Shown: positions 9,899-19,801 of the stretch, in pieces
How positions within the stretch are numbered: the first letter of the stretch is position 1
How the letters are laid out: each line of letters opens with the position of its first letter
Origin: an uncultured Planctomycetota bacterium
GTDB taxonomy: Bacteria > Planctomycetota > Planctomycetia > Isosphaerales > Isosphaeraceae
Direction: 5' to 3'
Length of the DNA: 64,000 bases
Assembly (NCBI GenBank): GCA_963737655.1
Contig: CAVTTN010000002.1
Span: forward strand, 1,024,001-1,088,000
Position numbers and translations under genes: made by a program
Notes under the pieces: generated by a model
Database searches by the model: none
What the model was told of the DNA's origin: nothing
What the model saw: the letters and a program-made list of their open reading frames with translations, nothing else

Positions 9899-11930
9899 AT
9901 GGCCAGCGCACCGATCGGGGCCGCGATCCGAGGGGCTCGGCCGTCTTTTCGGCGAGGGGACCGTCTCGGGGCTGACCGAAGGGCAGTTGCTCGACCGGTT
10001 CCGCCGGACGAAGGACGAGGCCGCGTTCTCGGCCCTGGTCCAGCGGTTCGGGCCGATGGTGTTGGGGGTCTGCCGGCAGATCCTGGACGACCCTCACGCC
10101 GCCGAGGACGCCTTCCAGGCCGTCTTCCTCGTCCTGGTCCGCCGGGCGGGGTCGATCCGCGACGGCCAACTCCTGGGGAACTGGCTGTACGGGGTGGCCC
10201 TGAAGGTCGCCCGGCGGGCCCGGGCCGACCGGCTCCGCCGTCTTTCTCGGGAAGCGGAGGGCCTGGACGTGGCCGACCAACCGACCGCCGACGGCCCGGA
10301 CGACCTCGACCGGCTCGACCTCGGGCCGATCCTCCACGACGAGGTCGGCCGGCTGCCGGAGAAGTACCGGGCGCCGATCGTCCTGTGCTTCCTCGACGGC
10401 CGGACCCACGACGAGGCCGCCCAGCTCCTGAAGTGGCCGGTGGGGACGGTCAAGGGCCGACTGGCCCGGGCCAAGGACCTGCTTCGAGACCGGCTGGGCC
10501 GCCGGGGGGTCACGGTCGCCTCGGCGGTGATCGTGGCCTCGTTCGCGAAGGCGAGCGGGGCGGCGGTCCCGGCCAGTCTCGCCGAATCGACGATCAAGGC
10601 CGCGATGGGCGTCGCGGCGGGGGGGGCGGGCGTCGCCGGGGCGTGCTCGGCCGGCGCCTGGTCCCTGAGCGAAGGGGTGGTTCGTTCCATGGCTACGACG
10701 AAGATCAAGATCCTGGCCGCCGCGCTGGTGGCCTCGGGAACCATCGCCACCGGGGCCGGCGTGATGGCCCGCCAGGATCAGCCCAACCCGCCCGTCCAGG
10801 GCGTCAGGACCGAGAAGACGGCCACGGAGAAGGTCAGCAACGGCGGGGTCCCGCCGGAGGGGCAGGTCGGCAAGACCGAGGTCACCACGGAGAAAGGCGC
10901 GATCAAGGTCGAACCCGCCCCGGCCGACGAGCTGGCCCAGCTCCTCAAGGGCCTACCCCCGAACGACGGGCCGTTCAAGTCGGTCGATCAGCTCAAGAAA
11001 GAGCGCGTCGAGGCCGCGAAACGGGCCCTGGATCTGGCCGTCGCCAGCCATCGGACCGGCAGTTCCGGGTTCGACTCGGTCCTCAAGGCCGCCCGGGCCC
11101 TGTCCGACGCCCAGGCCAACGCCACGAACGACTTCCCGGCGAGGATCGAAGCCCTGAAGCAGTCGGTCCGCCTGGCCCGGGCCCTCGCCAGTTCGGCGGA
11201 GGCCCTGGCCCGAGCCGGCGAGGTCTCCGAGGCGAGCGTCGCCCAGGCCCAGCTCGACGTTCTCGACGCCGAATTGAGGTTCGCCCAGCCGCAGGTCGGC
11301 GAAGCCCCGCCGCCCCGGGTGGGCGGCGGATTCGGCGGCGGATCCGGCGGCGAAGCGGGCGGCGAAGCGGGCGGCGGATTCGGCGGCGGCGACGCCGGAG
11401 GCGCGATCGACCGCGGCCCCGACCCCGAGGACGAGGACGACGCCGACCGCGACGAGGCCATCATGAAGGTCCTGAGCAACCCGGTCGCCATGCCCTTCGC
11501 CAACGAGACCCCGCTGGGCGAGCTGATCAAGTACGTCAAGACCGCCACGGTCAACGCCAACATGCCCGAGGGCATCCCGATCTATCTCGATCCCGAGGGC
11601 CTCCAGATGGCCGAGAAGACGATCGATTCGCCGATCTCTTTGAATCTCGAAGGGATCAAGCTCAAGACGACCCTGCGACTGGCCCTGAAGCAGCTCGGCC
11701 TGGGCTACTACGTCCGCCACGGCCTCCTGATCATCACCTCGCTGGACGACTTCAGCCTGAAGGACGCCAACGACCCCCAGTGGAGGGAGCGCGCCCGCAA
11801 CCGGATGCAGAGCATGGGCGCGATGGGCGGGATGGGCGGCATGGGCGCGGCCCTGCCGAAGAACGCCGCGCCGGCCGGCGGAGGCTTCCGCTCGATCGGG
11901 ACGACGAAGCCTACCCCGACCCGGCCCTGA
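9899..11930 (+). CDS. ECF sigma-70 factor with long membrane-spanning C-terminal extension (frameshift near 9933)
   Basis: Removing one G from the run at 9932-9935 gives MASAPIGAAIRG-LGRLFGEGTVSGLTEGQLLDRF; AEDAFQAVFLVL, LPEKYRAPIVLC, GTVKGRLAR sigma motifs. Confidence 0.88.
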
Positions 11931-11959
11931 GCCTCCCGGCCCCGAAACCGATCGAAGCC

Positions 11960-12001
11960 CCACGCCCCGCCCTTTCCGGCGGGGCGTGGTCGTTTCGTTT
12001 C
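11960..12001 (+). terminator. Probable intrinsic terminator between the ECF gene and the convergent PIN gene
   Basis: 12-bp GC stem ccacgccccgcc / ggcggggcgtgg followed by tcgtttcgttt. Confidence 0.6.
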
Positions 12002-12446
12002 ACGGGCCGACCACGCTCGACGGATGGACCGCCACGATCCCCGGATAGCGGGCGAAGTCGCCGGTGTTGAACGTCAGGATGCGGTCGATCCCATGAACCC
12101 TCATGGCGGCCACGAGCCGGGCGTCGTGGACCTGCTTGCCGATCACTCCGTGGGCAACGACCAGCCGCCGCCACTCCGAGAAAATGGCGGGGGTTTCGGG
12201 CAAGATCGTGAACTTGTGCTCAAGACGCCTCACGATCCGATCGACTCGCACCGCCCCGAGCCCGAGGCCGTTGACCGAGGCCGGCCGGGTCGCCACGGAC
12301 CAGAACTCGACGAGGTTCTGAGGTGCCAGGAAGAGACCGGCCCTCTGACGTCTCAGCGCCGTGAGTGCGGCCACGACGACCGGATGGTCGCGAGCCTGAA
12401 GGTCGATCCGTCGCAAGGCAATATTGGTATCGACCAGAAGATTCAC
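12000..12446 (-). CDS. PIN-domain (VapC-like) toxin
   Basis: LLVDTNI, QNLVEFWSVATRP, GKQVHDARLVAAM, ILTFNTGDF. Confidence 0.9.
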   Translation of the reverse strand: MNLLVDTNIALRRIDLQARDHPVVVAALTALRRQRAGLFLAPQNLVEFWSVATRPASVNGLGLGAVRVDRIVRRLEHKFTILPETPAIFSEWRRLVVAHGVIGKQVHDARLVAAMRVHGIDRILTFNTGDFARYPGIVAVHPSSVVGP

Positions 12447-12748
12447 AGGCCACGATCCTCATACAGATTCTCCCGCCGGAGAGCCTCCATCGGGATCTCG
12501 GGCAGGTCGAGGTCCGCGAGTTCTCGGTCGAGGGCTTCGGACTCCCTCTCCCATTCCTCCGGCGTGATCGGCCCCCGGCTGGCGAGGTCGTCGGGGTCGT
12601 ACGGCGCCGAGGGGTCGTCGGGCTTTATCGGAGGGAACGCGGCCTCCAGCGAGGATCGCGCGAGATCCCCAGGGGCGATGCCCCGGCGGGCCGCCTCCGC
12701 TTCCAGGCGGTTGGCCAGCTCGGGCGAAAGTTCGATGTGCAAGGTCAT
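12443..12748 (-). CDS. Putative antitoxin coupled to the PIN gene
   Basis: MTLHIELSPELANRLEAEAARRG (RHH-like N-terminus), acidic C-terminus, RRENLYEDR end; overlaps the toxin start. Confidence 0.8.
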   Translation of the reverse strand: MTLHIELSPELANRLEAEAARRGIAPGDLARSSLEAAFPPIKPDDPSAPYDPDDLASRGPITPEEWERESEALDRELADLDLPEIPMEALRRENLYEDRGL

Positions 12749-12771
12749 GATCGGGCCTCCTGGAATCCAGG

Positions 12772-13728
12772 TTATCGCCCGGCGATCGGCTCGACAACGA
12801 CCTCGGATTCCCTCCGCCGGACCTCCTCCGGGTCGATCGCCCCGGCGTCCCACACCAGGGCGTTCGCCACGGCGCACCCGACGGCGTGCCTCAGCAGGGC
12901 CTCGGGTTCGAGCTTCGCGAGCCAGCCATCGACCATGCCGGCGAGGAGGCAGTCTCCCGAGCCGATCGGGTTCACCGCGACGATCTCCGGGGGCGAGACC
13001 CGGTACGATCGGCCGCCGACCCGGGCCAGGACCGGGTTCGGCCCGTCGGTCACCACGGCCGCGGCCACCCCTCGACGAATCCACGAATCCAGGAGCCCGA
13101 GGATCTCGCCATCGCCGGGCGGCTCGCCCTTCCGGCCGAGGTGCGACGCCGCTTCCCTCCGGTTGAGCTGGATCACCTCCGGCCAGAACCCCCAGATCGC
13201 CTTCAATGCCGGGCCATAGGTGTCCAGGAACGCGGGGATCTTCCGGGATTGGGCCAGCGCGACCAAATCGCTGAAGATCCCGTGAGTGCTGGCCGCCGGG
13301 CTGGAGCCGGAGAGCGTCAGGGCCGAGATCGTCTCCGCGATCATCGCCCCTTCGACCCGGTAGATCAGCGCCTCGGCCTCCTGGGGAGTGATCGCCGGAT
13401 CGGGGTCGAAGAACGCGGACTGATCGGGCGATCCCTCGGTGCGGACGGTCAAAATGACGCGGGTTGGCGCCTCGGTGGGCGTGACCAGGGGGTCGAACCC
13501 GTCGTCGGTTCGGAGCAGGTCCTCGCAGTGGCGGCCGACGGCCCCTCCGAGGAGCGTGACGGGCCGGACCGGGCTCCGGCCGAGCGTCTTCAGGGCGCGG
13601 GCGACGTTGTTCCCCTTGCCGCCGACGACCTCGCGGAGGGCCGTCCCCCGGACCGAGTCGCCCGGCGACCACGGGGGGACGGTCAACGTCTTGTCCAGGC
13701 AGGGATTCAGGGTCACGCAGAGGATCAT
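12772..13728 (-). CDS. 1-phosphofructokinase-family (PfkB) hexose kinase
   Basis: MILCVTLNPCLDKTL, GGKGNNVAR, NPIGSGDCLLAG. Confidence 0.9.
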   Translation of the reverse strand: MILCVTLNPCLDKTLTVPPWSPGDSVRGTALREVVGGKGNNVARALKTLGRSPVRPVTLLGGAVGRHCEDLLRTDDGFDPLVTPTEAPTRVILTVRTEGSPDQSAFFDPDPAITPQEAEALIYRVEGAMIAETISALTLSGSSPAASTHGIFSDLVALAQSRKIPAFLDTYGPALKAIWGFWPEVIQLNRREAASHLGRKGEPPGDGEILGLLDSWIRRGVAAAVVTDGPNPVLARVGGRSYRVSPPEIVAVNPIGSGDCLLAGMVDGWLAKLEPEALLRHAVGCAVANALVWDAGAIDPEEVRRRESEVVVEPIAGR

Positions 13729-13866
13729 ATCTGGGCCGACCGTCCGGAAGGAGGAGCCCGCCCCGAAGCGAAGAGACGCCCCGCGCCGAGCAAGAAGACG
13801 GGGCCGGGCGGGCCGTCCCCATTGTCGCCGGAAGCCCCGGCTCCGCAACCGCGAGGCGGCGCCGAA

Positions 13867-13967
13867 TTCACCACGGAGCCACGGAGGGCACGGAGGAAGA
13901 CACGAAGAAGAGGAAAGATTTACCTCCTTTGTGTCTTCCTTCGTGCCCTCCGTGGCTTCGTGGTGAA
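13867..13967. repeat. Triple-heptamer palindrome, CACGGAG family
   Basis: ttcaccacggagccacggagggcacggaggaagacac ... gtgtcttccttcgtgccctccgtggcttcgtggtgaa; second copy at 55812-55930. Confidence 0.85.
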
Positions 13968-13979
13968 CCCCGAAGGGGC

Positions 13980-15644
13980 CTAACGAAGGGCCCGGACCAC
14001 CAGCCAGCCCACGACCGACCCCACGCCCGCCATCATCGCCAGGAGGATCAAGGCGATCGCCGCCAGGCGGCTCTCCACGCCGGTGTGGAGCATCCCCCAG
14101 ACGAACCGGGCGATCGGGTCGTAGCCGGGCCTGGAGAGCGCATACGCCACGGGAAGCTCGCCGACCGACAGGACGAACGCCACGCCCCACGCCGCCAAAA
14201 GGGCCGGGCGGGTCAGCGGCAGGCCGACGCGCCGGGCCACGCCCCAGCCGTCCAGGCCGTCGGTCGAGGCCGCTTCGAGGTGCTCTTTCGGGACGTTCCG
14301 GACCGACGGCCAGAGCACGAGCAAGGCGAACGGCAGGGTCCTCAAGACATAGCCGAAAATCAGGAGCGCCGGCGTGTCGCGGACGAACCCGACGAGGTTG
14401 TACGCCCGGATCAACGCCTGGCCGACGATCGGCCCCGGGGCCGCCAGCGCCGCCGCCGAGACGATCGCCGCGACCCATCGCCACGGCCCCTTCTCGCGGG
14501 CGAGATACGCCAGGGGCCAGGCGATCGCGACCGTCGCCACGGCCGCGACGGCCGACCAGAGCAGCGTCCCCACCACCGGCCGGCTCTCCAGGACCTCCCA
14601 CGGCGAACCGAGGACCGTCGGCGCCGTGAGGTCGATCCACGCCCGGCTCAGCGAGCCGGACAGGCCCGAGAACGACCATTTCGGGTCGAGCGTCGACCCG
14701 GAACCCTCGGCGCTGACCCGCCCGGCCCTCCAGAGCAATCCATAGATCGGCAAGCCCGTGACGGTCCCGACCAGGGCCCACATCGCCAGGCCGATCGGCA
14801 CCCGCCACCGGCCGAGCCGCCACGTCCTCGGGCGGCTCGCCGCCGTCGGCAGCCTCGCCGGGTCGGCCTTCAACACCGATCGCGCGGCCCAGACGATCAA
14901 TCCGCCGACCACCAGCATCGCCGGGAGCGCCACCCTCGCCGCCGAGGCCCCCTGGCCGACTCCCAGAGGGGCCTGCAAGTACGCTTCCTCGGCATAGGTG
15001 CGCACTTGCAAGATGTCCGTGACCGTCATGTCCCCCGCCGCGAGGACCACCACGGCCACGAACCCGCCGAGGATCGCGCCGACCGACCTCCGCAGGGTGA
15101 TCGTCCACGCCACCCGCCACGCCGGGAGGTCGAGCAAGGCCGATTCCTCGAGCTCCCGCTCGACGGCCATCATCCCCACGCCGCTGAGGAACACGACCCA
15201 GGGGATCGCCGCCATCGCATGGACGAATGCCGCCCCGCGCAGGCCCACCAGGATCGCCACGCCCCCGATCGCCTGGTCTCTCCCGGCGTTGCCGAACGAC
15301 CCGAGCCACGCCACCGCGTTCAAGGGCATCGGCACGAGCAGGGCCAGGCCCATCAGCCCCATCATCGCCCGGCCGCCCCAGACGTCCGTCCGGAACAGGA
15401 GCCATCCCAGGACGATTCCCGGCGGCATCGCGATCGCGGCCGTGAGGACCACGAGCTTGACCGTCTCGATCGCCAGGATCAGGGGGCGGACCGAGGCCAT
15501 CCCGCCCCCCTCGCCGAGCCGGACGTCCTCGGCCGTCTGGATCGCCATCGCCATCGCGGGCCAGACCATCAGCGCGACGAGCACGACGACCATCGCCGCC
15601 AGCCCGAGCCCTTGCTTCGCCACCGCAGCCCGGCCGCTGTTCAT
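13980..15644 (-). CDS. ABC transporter permease, duplicated-domain Fe3+/thiamine (FbpB-like) type
   Basis: Two EAA loops (ELEESALLD, HLEAASTDG), many TM helices; ATG overlaps the upstream TGA. Confidence 0.85.
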   Translation of the reverse strand: MNSGRAAVAKQGLGLAAMVVVLVALMVWPAMAMAIQTAEDVRLGEGGGMASVRPLILAIETVKLVVLTAAIAMPPGIVLGWLLFRTDVWGGRAMMGLMGLALLVPMPLNAVAWLGSFGNAGRDQAIGGVAILVGLRGAAFVHAMAAIPWVVFLSGVGMMAVERELEESALLDLPAWRVAWTITLRRSVGAILGGFVAVVVLAAGDMTVTDILQVRTYAEEAYLQAPLGVGQGASAARVALPAMLVVGGLIVWAARSVLKADPARLPTAASRPRTWRLGRWRVPIGLAMWALVGTVTGLPIYGLLWRAGRVSAEGSGSTLDPKWSFSGLSGSLSRAWIDLTAPTVLGSPWEVLESRPVVGTLLWSAVAAVATVAIAWPLAYLAREKGPWRWVAAIVSAAALAAPGPIVGQALIRAYNLVGFVRDTPALLIFGYVLRTLPFALLVLWPSVRNVPKEHLEAASTDGLDGWGVARRVGLPLTRPALLAAWGVAFVLSVGELPVAYALSRPGYDPIARFVWGMLHTGVESRLAAIALILLAMMAGVGSVVGWLVVRALR

Positions 15645-16466
15645 CCCCGGAGTCCCGCCGCCTTCATCAGGGCCGCCGTCCGGTCGTACGCCTCGCGGAC
15701 CCACTCGGCGATCCGGTCCGGCTCGGGCGAGTATTCCAGCTCGATCGAGACCGTCCCGCTGTCCACCCCGAATTCCTTCAGTTTAGCGAGATACGGCGCG
15801 AAGTCCACCACCCCGCGACCCGGGGGCAGGTCGCCATGGACCTTGCCGTCACAGTCGGAGATATGAACGTGGCCGATTCGACCCTTCAGGAGTTCCAGGG
15901 TCTCGGCCGATTGATGGGCCAGGGCCATGTGGGAGATATCAACATTCGCCTTGACGGCCGGGTTGTCCACCTCGTCGAGGAACCGGGCCATCTTCGGCAC
16001 GTCGTTCAGGAGAGAAAGAGGAAACGGCTCCATCTCCAGGGCGATCTCCAGGCCGAGGCTCGGAGGCGTACTCGCCCAGGTCGCGGACGTTCTTCACCCC
16101 GGCCTGCCATTGCTCGGCGGGGGGGATGACCTCGCAGTTCCAGATGTATTCGCCCAGGACGAGCAGGACGTTGCGGGCTCCAAAAGTCCGGGCCATGTCG
16201 AGATAGGCGCGGACGCGCTCGACGTGGAACCTCCGGACGCTCGGGTTGAAGTCCACGAGCCCCACGGCCACGCACGCCAGGCTCACGATCGGCAGGCCCG
16301 CACGTTCGCACTCGTTCTTGACCAGCTTGCGCTCGAGGGGGGAGGTGTCGAGCGGGTCGGCGAAGATGTCGATCGAGTCGAAGCCGATCTCCCGGGTCAT
16401 CCAGATCCCGTAGGAGGTCTCCTTGCCGGCCTGGGCCCAGGCGGAATTGATCAGGCCGAGTTTCAT
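15641..16466 (-). CDS. Sugar phosphate isomerase/epimerase (xylose isomerase-like TIM barrel), frameshift near 16058
   Basis: MKLGLINSAW..; one extra C joins YASE to LGLEIALEMEPF..NVDISH..HVHISD..HGDLPPGRG..SIELE. Confidence 0.85.
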
Positions 16467-16573
16467 GGGGAAGTCCTCCGGGCGGGTCGGGATCGGCAAC
16501 GATCACCATAACCCACCCGGGCGATTTCGCAACCGGGGCGCGGCGTGACCCGGCGATTCCTCCCTCGCGGATT

Positions 16574-17263
16574 TCACCCGAGAGTCGCGGCGCCGCCCGT
16601 CTTTTTCCGCCGCCTCCTGGCCCAGAGGCCGAGGGAACCGACCGCCAGGCTCGCCACGCTCGCCGGCTCGGGGACGGACCGGACGACGTTCACCGTCCGG
16701 TTCGAGCTCGTGCCAACCCGCTCTCCCGCGTAGTAAATCCCCGGCACGGCGTACTTCGAGTAAATGTTCACCGAGTCCGAATTGCCGCTGTGATCGGAGA
16801 ACGCGGTGTTGTCCGGGAATGGCAGGCCGGCGATGTCCGGGCTCTCGAAGCTGGCGTCATCCAGGGTCTCGAACGTGACCCCGGCGAGGTTCCCGCCGGT
16901 GATCCGGAGCTCGAAGAGGATCGAGAACTTCACGTCATACGACCCGGAGGGGTTGACCGTCACCGTCCCGGTCGTGGTCGTGTTCACGAGCGAATAGCTC
17001 AGGAACCCGCCGGGGTTCTGCGGGTCCGGCAGGTCGGTCCCGGAGAACATCGAGGTGACGCTGGCCGTCCCGCCGGCCGGGTCGATGGTGAAGTGCTGGG
17101 TGCCCGTCGCGGTGATCACGAACGGGTTCAGCGAGAGCTCGGCGATCGAGATCGTCTGGGTCGCCGTGCTCTGGGTGTCGAACTGATAGTCGGCCCGGGC
17201 CCGAGAGGGCAGGGAGGCCGCCAGGGCCGCGACGGCGATCAGGCCGATCTTGAAGACTCGCAT
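16574..17263 (-). CDS. PEP-CTERM sorting-domain exported protein
   Basis: Signal peptide ending ARA; C-terminal VPEPASVASLAVGSLGLWARRRRK. Confidence 0.88.
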   Translation of the reverse strand: MRVFKIGLIAVAALAASLPSRARADYQFDTQSTATQTISIAELSLNPFVITATGTQHFTIDPAGGTASVTSMFSGTDLPDPQNPGGFLSYSLVNTTTTGTVTVNPSGSYDVKFSILFELRITGGNLAGVTFETLDDASFESPDIAGLPFPDNTAFSDHSGNSDSVNIYSKYAVPGIYYAGERVGTSSNRTVNVVRSVPEPASVASLAVGSLGLWARRRRKKTGGAATLG

Positions 17264-17381
17264 TCGTGAGGACTCCTTCGGGGGGAAAAGGAGTCCGATT
17301 ATGGTCGGAAGGCCGCGCCCGGCCAAGCGCCGTCCCCGAAAAACCACGGGATGTGTGAAGCTCCCGAATCTGGTGGATTTC

Positions 17382-17413
17382 GGGTGCCCCCGGTTCGAGA
17401 ACCGGGGGCACCC
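17382..17413. repeat. REP-like hairpin GGGTGCCCCCGGTTC-GA-GAACCGGGGGCACCC
   Basis: Perfect 15-bp inverted arms; related doublet at 60657-60765. Confidence 0.8.
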
Positions 17414-17516
17414 CAGCAAGTCCCCGATTCCAGGGCTCTAACCCACGGGATTTCGGCGATCCGGGACGAGAAACGGGGGCGATGCATGCCACCGGGTCCG
17501 CCCCGGGAAGGCCCGG

Positions 17517-17987
17517 TTATCGCCCCGCGCCGACGGCCTGCCTGCGCTCGCGGGCCCGTCGGGCCAGGCTCCGGCGCTCGGGGTCGTTCCTGGGCGGGGC
17601 CTTGGGACGGGCGATCTGGCCCGACGTGCCTCCGGCCCCCTTCTCGCCGATCATGACGGTCATCCACTGCCCCTCGACGGGGGCGGCGGTCTCCTCGGCC
17701 GCCTCGGACCGCTTCGCGACGATCCGGCGGGCCTCGGTCGCCCCGACGATCGCGGCGACCATCATCGCCGCCAAAATGCCGAGCTCGGCCCAGGGGACCG
17801 TTCCGGCCGACGGGCGGATCAGCGAGGCGCCCAGGACGCAGGCGATCCCGCCCACGACCAGCCCCCTCCGGGGGATCGACGACGTTCCTCGGGTCGGCGA
17901 GGTCAGGGGCGGGCGAATCCCGCCGAGGCAATGAGGGGTCGCGGCCACGGTGCGCCTCCGTTCGTCTCGTCGAGTCGAGGGGGTCAA
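17517..17987 (-). CDS. Possible small membrane protein; start uncertain
   Basis: Two hydrophobic segments (GLVVGGIACVLGASLI; LGILAAMMVAAIVGA); no family recognised. Confidence 0.35.
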   Translation of the reverse strand: MTPSTRRDERRRTVAATPHCLGGIRPPLTSPTRGTSSIPRRGLVVGGIACVLGASLIRPSAGTVPWAELGILAAMMVAAIVGATEARRIVAKRSEAAEETAAPVEGQWMTVMIGEKGAGGTSGQIARPKAPPRNDPERRSLARRARERRQAVGAGR

Positions 17988-18237
17988 TCGAGCCTGAACG
18001 TCCGAGACGGGGGAAACCTAGGTCACGTCCGGGGGGCTGTCAAAATCGGCCCGACCCGGGCGTTCGGATCGCCTCGTCCCGAAGGGTCGAGGCCCGCGTT
18101 TCCCCATTTCGGCCATCGACCCGTGGCGTCACCAACGAATCCGGGTGCTCGGCCCGGGGCGCGATCGGATAGAATGAACAACCCGAGCCGGCCCGTCGCC
18201 CGGATCGGGCCGCCTCCTCCCGCTCGCGAACCCGTCG

Positions 18238-18963
18238 ATGACCCCCTCCGCCCTCGCCGACTCGCCCGAGATCGCCGCCGCCCTCTCCCGGAGGCTCCGC
18301 CCGCTGGACCTCAAGCCCGAGGGCTCGCTGGTCGTCCACGAGATCTACCGGAGCCTCCAGGGCGAGGGGACGTTCGCCGGCCTCCCCTGCGCGTTCGTCC
18401 GCCTGACCGCCTGCCACCTCCGCTGCGTCTACTGCGACACGCCCCACGCCTTCCAATCCGGCGAAATCCTCACGGTCGATCAGGTGATGGAGAAAACCCT
18501 CGCGCTGGGCGACGCGCTCGTCGAGATCACCGGGGGCGAGCCTCTGCTCCAGCCCGAGGCGCTCGACCTGATGGCCCGCCTGGCCGACCGGGGCAAGACG
18601 GTCCTCCTCGAGACCAGCGGGAGCCTGGACATCGCCCCGGTCGATCCGCGGGTCCGGATCATCCTCGACCTCAAGACCCCCGGCTCGGGCGAGGCCGCCG
18701 CCAATTTCTGGCCGAACCTCGACCGATTGAAGCCCACCGACGAGGTGAAGATCATCGTCTGCGACCGCCCCGACTTCGAATGGGCCGCCGAGACCGTCCG
18801 GAAACACGAGCTCACGGAGCGCTGCCCGGTCCTCGTCGGCGCCTCATTCGGCCGGGTCGAGCCGGCGGAGCTCGCCGCCTGGGTCCTGGAAAGCCGTCTC
18901 GCCCTGAGGCTCCAGCTCCAGCTCCACAAGCTCCTCTGGGGCGCGGAGACGCGAGGGGTGTAG
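18238..18963 (+). CDS. queE: 7-carboxy-7-deazaguanine synthase (radical SAM)
   Basis: EIYRSLQGEG, FVRLTACHLRCVYCDT (CX3CX2C), TGGEPLLQ, ETSG, DLKTPGSG, LQLHKLLW. Confidence 0.9.
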   Translation: MTPSALADSPEIAAALSRRLRPLDLKPEGSLVVHEIYRSLQGEGTFAGLPCAFVRLTACHLRCVYCDTPHAFQSGEILTVDQVMEKTLALGDALVEITGGEPLLQPEALDLMARLADRGKTVLLETSGSLDIAPVDPRVRIILDLKTPGSGEAAANFWPNLDRLKPTDEVKIIVCDRPDFEWAAETVRKHELTERCPVLVGASFGRVEPAELAAWVLESRLALRLQLQLHKLLWGAETRGV

Positions 18964-19097
18964 GGTGCATGAAATGCACCGTGATGGAGGGCGGGTGAAA
19001 CCCGTCGACATGCGGCGGCCATCCATAAGGAAAGGAACGCGTATTGTTGGCGGGCTTCGCCGGCCTTACCTAAACGGTGGATTTCATCCACCCTACA
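18959..19097. repeat. Inverted GTAG-type REP doublet between convergent genes
   Basis: tgtagggtgcatgaaatgcaccgt ... acggtggatttcatccaccctaca. Confidence 0.8.
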
Positions 19098-19539
19098 TTT
19101 CTCGGATGGCCGCCTCGATCGCGTCGTGGTCCTTCTGGACGAACGCGACCACGTTGTTCGCCACCTTGGCCTTGCCGGACGAGCTCAGGAAGCCGTCGAA
19201 CTTGCTGAGCTTGACCTTCACGTCCTTGGGCCTGGGGTTGTCCAGGTCCGTGGTGAACTTCACGTAAACGCTCAAAGACCCGACGAGCTTGACCTTGTAG
19301 ACCTCCACCACCGCGCCCGAGACCGTGTTGGTCGCCGGGTCGGCCGAGAGCTTCTCGACCACGATCCGTTGCCTCGTGGGGCTGGGGGTCGAGTAGGTCA
19401 CGGCCTTCAGCAGCTCCACCCGGATCGGGGTGGCCTTCAGGTCCACGACGCCGTCCGCGTGGACGGTCGCCGAGAGGAGGCGCCGGGCCTCCAGGCCGTC
19501 GAGCGACGGTCGGAACGTCCGTGTCTTCGGGCCGGGCAT
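19093..19539 (-). CDS. Small protein with planctomycete extracellular LEPR-xLL-like N-terminal motif
   Basis: FRPSLDGLEARRLLS motif followed by a beta-rich domain; GC3-rich codons. Confidence 0.75.
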   Translation of the reverse strand: MPGPKTRTFRPSLDGLEARRLLSATVHADGVVDLKATPIRVELLKAVTYSTPSPTRQRIVVEKLSADPATNTVSGAVVEVYKVKLVGSLSVYVKFTTDLDNPRPKDVKVKLSKFDGFLSSSGKAKVANNVVAFVQKDHDAIEAAIREM

Positions 19540-19801
19540 CGCGCATCCTCGCGAGGGACGTCGGAAAAGGGACGGACAGTCGCCCCGGAGGGCCTCCGGG
19601 ACGGGCCGGGAGGATACCGCGGATCGGCCGTCCTCGCAATCTCGCCCGGCGATTTGTTCACAAGTCGGGGCGAGGCATGGGGATCGGTCTCCGGTTGCGT
19701 TTCGGAGGCCGGATGTCTAGAATATTCTGCCCGACCGCACGGCTTCGCTTCGCGCCGCTCCCGCGCCTCGCCCCTTCCCTCCTCGCCGAGACCCCCCGCC
19801 C

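Noticed and set aside
9925..9945. Programmed frameshift or phase variation in the ECF gene
   Set aside because: Only a 4-G run, and similar indels are scattered across the window
11320..11400. GGCGGC-rich repeats
   Set aside because: Gly-rich coding linker
18238..18963. queE as part of a 7-deazaguanine DNA-modification (dpd) island
   Set aside because: No dpdA/tgt, queC, queD or folE nearby; housekeeping queuosine role is simpler
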